From contig NC_068990.1 of NCBI RefSeq assembly GCF_001194135.2, forward strand, positions 15,045,621-15,080,425: a stretch of DNA of 34,805 nucleotides, in the 5' to 3' direction. This DNA comes from Octopus bimaculoides (taxonomy: Eukaryota). Made by a program: the position numbers and the translations under genes. This document shows positions 23,911 through 31,252 of this stretch, one piece after another. The notes beneath the pieces are model-generated. The model saw only the letters and a list, made by a program, of their open reading frames with translations. It searched no databases and was not told the DNA's origin. Position 1 is the first letter of the stretch, and the number at the start of each line of letters is the position of its first letter.

Positions 23911-25235
23911 CTTTTCTTTGCATTGTAAATTATTCTTTCAGAATGAAAAAGTGAATCGACCCCAGTACTTATTATTTATAAAGCCTGGGAGTTATTCTAC
24001 CTGTCTATTTTGCTAAATTATTAAGTTACAGGGATGTAAACACACCAACATTGGTTGTCAAGCATTGGTGGTGGCAGGGAACAAACACAGACACAAAGAC
24101 ACATACACATATATCTCTATATAGATATAGATATAAATAAGTAAATATATATACACAGATGTGTATGATTGTGTATAGAAGAATATATTACTCAAAGAAT
24201 TAAAAGATTGAAAAGATATAATTTGTGTTCAGTAATGAATTTATATAATGCAGAAAAGAAACAAACACGAGAAATATTATACATCATTTTATTTTACTTT
24301 TATCAAGCTGAAACCGTTTGGTCTTCTTGGAGTAGTTGGAGTCCCTGCATTATTTCTAAACAAGATGCAGTTGGTTCGTCTATACGTAAGCGTACATGCC
24401 ATCGAGGAATTGACGATGAATGTGCTGGAGAAGTTTTACAGACCATGCCCTGTCAATCAAAAGTCAAGACAACCAGTAAGTATATTTTTTTTTAATTGGT
24501 GACGATAGGAATAATATTCAGCTTTATTTAATCCTTTTAATACTTTGATGCCAGCCTGTCTGGGGCCACCCTTGGGCCTATGGTAAGAATATCTGTAAAT
24601 AAAGGATGTTAAAAAAAAAAGTAATGATGTTGATTATACATGTATGTATGGATGGATGGAGGGATGGAGGGAAAGAAAGGTAGTAATGCAGATAAGCACA
24701 GTCAGGCTTTACACACACACATGCACACACACACACACGCATACACAGGCACATATATATACACACATATATATACACATACACATATATTTACATAAGC
24801 TAATATATTTACATAGAGCATAAAAAAGACAGAACACTAAGAAGAAAATACATAATTTCTTAACTCAACAGCTGTTTATATAAATGTATTTTCGTTGATA
24901 TATATTTAAATATGTTAGTAAAATGTGTATTAACATATAAATATACATATTAACATATAAATGTATATATTTTATATTTTGAAATCAATAAAATCTTGTC
25001 ATTATTCTGAATAAATAATAGAGTTATAAGGAAATACATTTTTTGAATTGCAGAAGTTTGAGGAGTGAAAATGTTTGTCAAAGGGACAGACTGTAGCATG
25101 ATTCCATAGAGAGAGACAGATCTCTCTGTAGAGAGAGAATGATTGAAGAATTTGTCAAAGTAACTAACTGCACCCCCCCCCCTCCCCCACTAAAAATGGT
25201 AACTTTGTATCAAAATTTGAAATTATTATTTTTGT

Positions 25236-25279
<44 letters not shown>

Positions 25280-25871
25280 ATAGAAGTAAAAGTAGAGAGC
25301 TGGCAGAATCGTTAGCACACTGGGCAAAATGCATAGCAGTATTTCATCTGTCTTTATGTTCTGAGTTCAAATTCCACCGAGGTCAACTTTGCCCTTCATC
25401 TTTTCAGGCTTGATAAATTAAATACCACTTGTGTACTGGGGTCGATCTAATCGACTGGCCTCCTCCCACCAAATTTCAGACCTTGTGCCTATTATTATTC
25501 AGTAGTTTTATTTTTATAACATGCTTTCACTTCACTACCGAGCGCAGCTCTGTGCGCCTTGGGTATGTGCTGTGGTTTGCTGTGGTGCTCTTATGGTTAC
25601 TGTATTGAAAGTGTTTTGCATAGGATGTGTGCTGTGCCCAGTAGTGCANNNNNNNNNNNNNNNNNNNNNNNNNNNNNNNNNNNNNNNNNNNNNNNNNNNN
25701 NNNNNNNNNNNNNNNNNNNNNNNNNNNNNNNNNNNNNNNNNNNNNNNNNNNNNNNNNNNNNNNNNNNNNNNNNNNNNNNNNNNNNNNNNNNNNNNNNNNN
25801 NNNNNNNNNNNNNNNNNNNNNNNNNNNNNNNNNNNNNNNNNNNNNNNNNNNNNNNNNNNNNNNNNNNNNNN

Positions 25872-25911
<40 letters not shown>

Positions 25912-26221
25912 GTTTGACTTTTGATTTGTATTTGTACAAGTTGGCTCCAAGTCTCATCCAGAGACCTCAAGAGACAACAAGTTAGAAGTTCATGTAGGTG
26001 TTATGCCTAGAGTACCATATATTTCGATTTGTACATAGTGTTGTTCTAGAGAATGTTTAAGAAAACATAAGAAAATTATGAGTTTGTTTTAAAATTTGAG
26101 ATTACATTGACAGTATATTACGTAGGATATGGGTAGTTCCCATGAGCACTATCTTTTGAACTTCTGCTATTTTGGGGGTTTCCTGGTATCTGAGCTAGGT
26201 AGCAATCAGTCCCTTTTATTA

Positions 26222-26259
<38 letters not shown>

Positions 26260-26422
26260 GAATGAGAGAGCAGGGCATGCCATCAAAGTGACACTGAGGT
26301 AAAATATACGAAGCCCAGTATACCCATTATGATTACCCATCTGATAAGGGTACACCAGGCACATGCATCACAACCATATGTGCACAACATAGTGGTCTCA
26401 TATCAAGATAAACAAATTATTA

Positions 26423-26454
<32 letters not shown>

Positions 26455-29400
26455 TATTTATTTACATCTTGAAGCAATATCTGTTTCTTTTTGTTTCTAG
26501 AAACATGTACTGGCGGCAGTGTTTGGTCTGAATGTAGTAACCGCTGCCCAATAACATGTCTAGATGCTCGTCGAGAAGTCTGTGTTGAATCTGATGAATG
26601 TATTCCTGGTTGTCATTGTCCAGCTGGTCAAGTACAGTTATTAGGACAATGTGTTCCTATAGATAAATGTCCTTGTTATAACATTGAAGGAATATCTGTT
26701 TTAAAGAATCTCAAAGCATCCAAGACACATCCTTGTCGAGAATGGTAAATAAGTTTTCATTATTTTTCTCTTGTTATTTAAAACGAATCCCATTTATTTA
26801 ATTTCTTCTTTCTTAATTTAATTTTCATTTTCCATTCTACTGCAATTGTATTAATAGCTAGAAGGTTTTTTCCTTCTTTTCTTCTGTTTATTGTTTTATT
26901 TAATGAAAAGGCTTCTGATTTAAAATATCACATATTGCGCAGGAGTGGCTGTGTGGTAAGTAGCTTGCTTACGAACCGCATGGTTTCGGGTTCATTCCCA
27001 CTGTGTGGCACCTCGGGCCGACCAAAGCCTTGTGAGTGGATTTGGTAGACGGAAACTGAAAGAAGCCCGTCATATATATGTATATATATATATATATGTA
27101 CATGTGTGTATATGTTTGTGTGTCTGTGTTTGTCCCCCCAACATCGCATGACAACCGATGGTGGTATGTTTACTTCCCCCTTAACTTAGCAGTTCGGCAA
27201 AAGAGACCGATGGAATAAGTACTAGGCTTACAAAGAATAAGTCCTCGGGTCGATTTGCTCGACTAAAGGCGGTGCTCCAGAATGGCCGCAGTCAAATGAC
27301 TGAAACAAGTAAAAGAGTAAAAGAGTACTGGTGCATGTGTAAGTTGTTGTGTACATAATCAGATTGATTTTGATTCTGCAGTCTATGGAAAGTCGTTGGC
27401 ATTAGAACCATCAAGCTGTAGAAACCATACCATTATGTTTGTGTGTCACATAACCCTTAAGTACTTAAACTGACCAAATCCAGCCCAAATCCCCTGCTTG
27501 TTTTATGCTCAAACTGACAGATCTGGCCTGACAGATCTGTCAAGCTGACAGAATCATTAGCACAAGAACAAAATGCTGCTTAGCATTTTGCTCACCTTTA
27601 CTTTCTAAGTTCAAATGCCACCAGGGCTAACTTTGCCTTTTATCCTTTCAGTGATTGGAGTGTATGTCTCACAATCAAGAGGTAGTGAGTTCGATTCCCA
27701 GAATAGGCTGTGTTGTGTTCTTGAGCAAGTCACTTTATTTCACATTGCTCCAGTTCATTCATCTGTAGAAATGAGTTGCGACATCACTGATGCCAAGCTG
27801 TATTAGCCTTTGCTTTTCCCTCGGACAACATCAGTAGCATGGAGAGGGGATGCGTGGGTGACTGCTGGTCATTCGTAAATAACCTTGCCTGGTCTTATTT
27901 TTTATTGGGGAACTTTCTAGGTGCAATCCCATGGTCATACATGACCAAAAGTTGGGGGTCTTTACTTTTACTGGGATCAATGTAACTGACTTAGCCCCTC
28001 CCACAAAATTGCTGGCCTTGTGCCAAAATCTGAAACCAATATGTGCTAATTTGTCTTTCTTACTATTCTATTTGTCTATTAACAGCACATGCAGTAATAG
28101 TGGAAAGATTGTATGTCAGGAAAAATCAAACTGTAAGGATAATCTCTCTTATTGTTATGAATTAATTGAATCAATATGACAATAGCGCAAAAAACTGAAA
28201 TTGCACACGACTAAAGAAACTAAACTTACATTTCATTATAGGTTGTTTGTGGTCTCCTTGGACTTCATGGGGAGGTTGCAGTACTTCTTGTGGGATTGGT
28301 AAAAGATTCAGATATAAGTAAATATTATTTCTAACATTTTTTTTTAACAAATTGTCCACCTAACTATCTTCAAAATTTTATGTAATTTCTCATGTTTTCT
28401 CTTTGTCTCTCTCCCTCCTTCTCTCTCTCTCTCTCTCTCTTCATCTCTTGCTCTTTATCTCTCTCTCCCTCTCTTTCCCCTCTCTCTTTCTGTTTCCCTC
28501 CCTCTCCCTCTCTCTCCTTCCCTCTCTCTCTTATTTCTCTTTTGTGGGCTTTTTAAAGTTTTACATTTCTTCCATCTAATAGCTTCCATATTTTGTAAGC
28601 AGTGTGTCATGCAATTTGTTTAATTGTAGTCTGCAACTCATTGAAAAATTTTCATTCAAATCATTTAACTGAACCCGACCTGGTGTAGAGTGAGCGTCTC
28701 ATTGATGAGGTTGCAGATGGTGACAAAAGGGCTTCAACAAACATAACTGATTGATTGATCAAACAATTAGTCAAATAATTGATTAATTAATTGGTTAAAC
28801 AATTAACCAATTGACAAATAAAAGATGAAAAAATGAAATAGAACCAGTGTATGTGTTTATTTTTGGTATAATATCTCTCTCAAGATACAACAAAATTTAA
28901 CTAATTATTTGCCTAAATTTAATGGACTGAAAAATTTCTTATTAACACAAAGTCAGCACAGAAAATTCAAGCAAAAATAAGTGACTGTTTTGATAGAATT
29001 AACAATTCATTTATACTTCCATCTTTCTGACTCCAATGAAATATCAACAAGTAAAATAAATCTCTCGAAGTGACATATTGATTTATTTTGATTGCGTGAA
29101 GAGCTTAATTTTATAACAGAGTGCAGAAGATCAACTATTTTACAGAGTCATTACTAAACTTTAGACTTTGAATGTACCCAAAAGAAACTAAATCCTATAA
29201 AATATTTAGTCCAGCTCTCCACCATTTAGACCAGTGGTTTTCAACCATTTTGTTCCTATAGATCCTTTTGATTCCTATTTTACTTAGGTGGAGCTTCATA
29301 GCCGTTTGATATTTTTAAAATCCTATTATATTTTGATAATTAAATATGATTAGGAATTGTATTTAAAAAATTGTTAAGATATTTTATGCATTGAAGAAGT

Positions 29401-31056
29401 ATAACTAATTTATTGCCCATAAATTTTAATAAAAAAATCTTAAACGGACCACCAAGGTTCATATGGACCATGGTTGAGACTAACCATTATTCATAATGAT
29501 CCTAATATTATTCAGTAACTTAATCAGGGATCACATGTTTAGGGGTGGAGAATAAAGTTGTAGTTTAAAAGGAATGAATTGACTTCAATTGTTACCCAAT
29601 GCTGATACACAAAGTCCTTTCACTGAGAGCTTGTCTCTTGTTCTCTTGCACTTTATTCAATGTTGCCTATAATTTACTATGATATATAGATACCGTATTT
29701 CAACTAATGAAAATGAAATATTTGTGTAATTCAAACTATTTTGTATCCTTGCATAAATATAGTAAAAAAAAAAAATTACATCATATGTAAACAAACTTAA
29801 GTTTGTTTTTGAAGTGCTGAAATGTATTGTAGTACAAGTAGAAAGATATATTTTTTAACGCGTAAATACTGATAGAACAGTATACATGGGATAATATCCC
29901 TTACAGAGCAGAAAAAGCTGTCAGCAACCAGCCATGAGATTTTTCTGCTCTATAAGGGATATTATCCCATGTATACTGTTCTATCAGTATTTACGCGTTG
30001 AAAAATATATCTTTCTACTTGTAATAAAAAAAAATGGCTATTATCTCATAATTTCATAACAATTACAAGACATGTAAATTTTCATTAAAAAAATTTCTCC
30101 CAATGTCTTAAGTGTCAAAATTTTGGTAATATTTATTGTCTCTCATAGAAATATTTCAATAGATAATTTAACTGGCACTCTGTCAGTGAATGAGGCAAGG
30201 GTTCCAGTTGATCTGATCAACAGAACAGCCTACTTGTGATATTAACATGCAAGTAGCTGAGCTCTCCACCCATAATGTAGTTCTCAAGGAGACTCAGCAT
30301 GACACCGAGTGCACCAAGGCTGACCCTTTGAGTCACAGGTACAACTCATTTTTGCCACATGAGTGAACTAGAGTAACATGAAATAAAGCATCTTGATTGT
30401 ATTGCTAGGAATTGAACTCATAATTGTAAGATTGTGAGCTGAATATCCTAACCACTAAGCTATGCACCTTCACAATATCATCATCATCATCATTTTATTT
30501 TATTTTTATTTTTGTATATCAGAACTCTTTTAGGGGGATCATCTTCTACCTGTAAATCATATGAAGACGAATCAGATGCCTGTGAACTGAAAAAATGTCC
30601 TCCTGATTGTCAAATTGATGGCAAGTTTTATTACTACAATGAAAAAATTAGAGAAGACGATTGCCAAGTGTGGTAAGTCTCTGATCAAATATAATAATTT
30701 TAGTATAATAATTTTACAATAACATCAGAATTAAAATATCTGAACTTTAACACTTTAGCATTTAAACCAACCATATCCGGCCCAAATATTCTTCCTGTTT
30801 TATGTTCAAACTGGCCTGATCCAGCCTCTCACACCTACCCTATAATGTCATTCTGAAAATAAACAACCACATCATTGAAATTTTCAAGCTACAAGATAAC
30901 ACATGATTAATTCAAAGCAATGTCAAAGAATAAGAATTATATTTGACCAGACTAATCAGAAAGCTAAAAGGGATAAAATATGTTTACATCTTAGTTTTAT
31001 GAATGGAAATCATACATATACATATTTATACATATATATACCTGTGTGTGTATGTT

Positions 31057-31110
<54 letters not shown>

Positions 31111-31220
31111 ATATTTGCTCTTGTATAAGTCCCACTACTTTATACTTTATTTTAAATGAAAAACTGGGATGCGACTTATAAATAATTGCTGCTTTACACT
31201 TTAAACACAAGTAAATATGG

Positions 31221-31252
<32 letters not shown>

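Noticed and set aside
26935-27010. tRNA gene
   Set aside because: Only A/B-box-like SINE heads; no cloverleaf, and they continue into SINE bodies.
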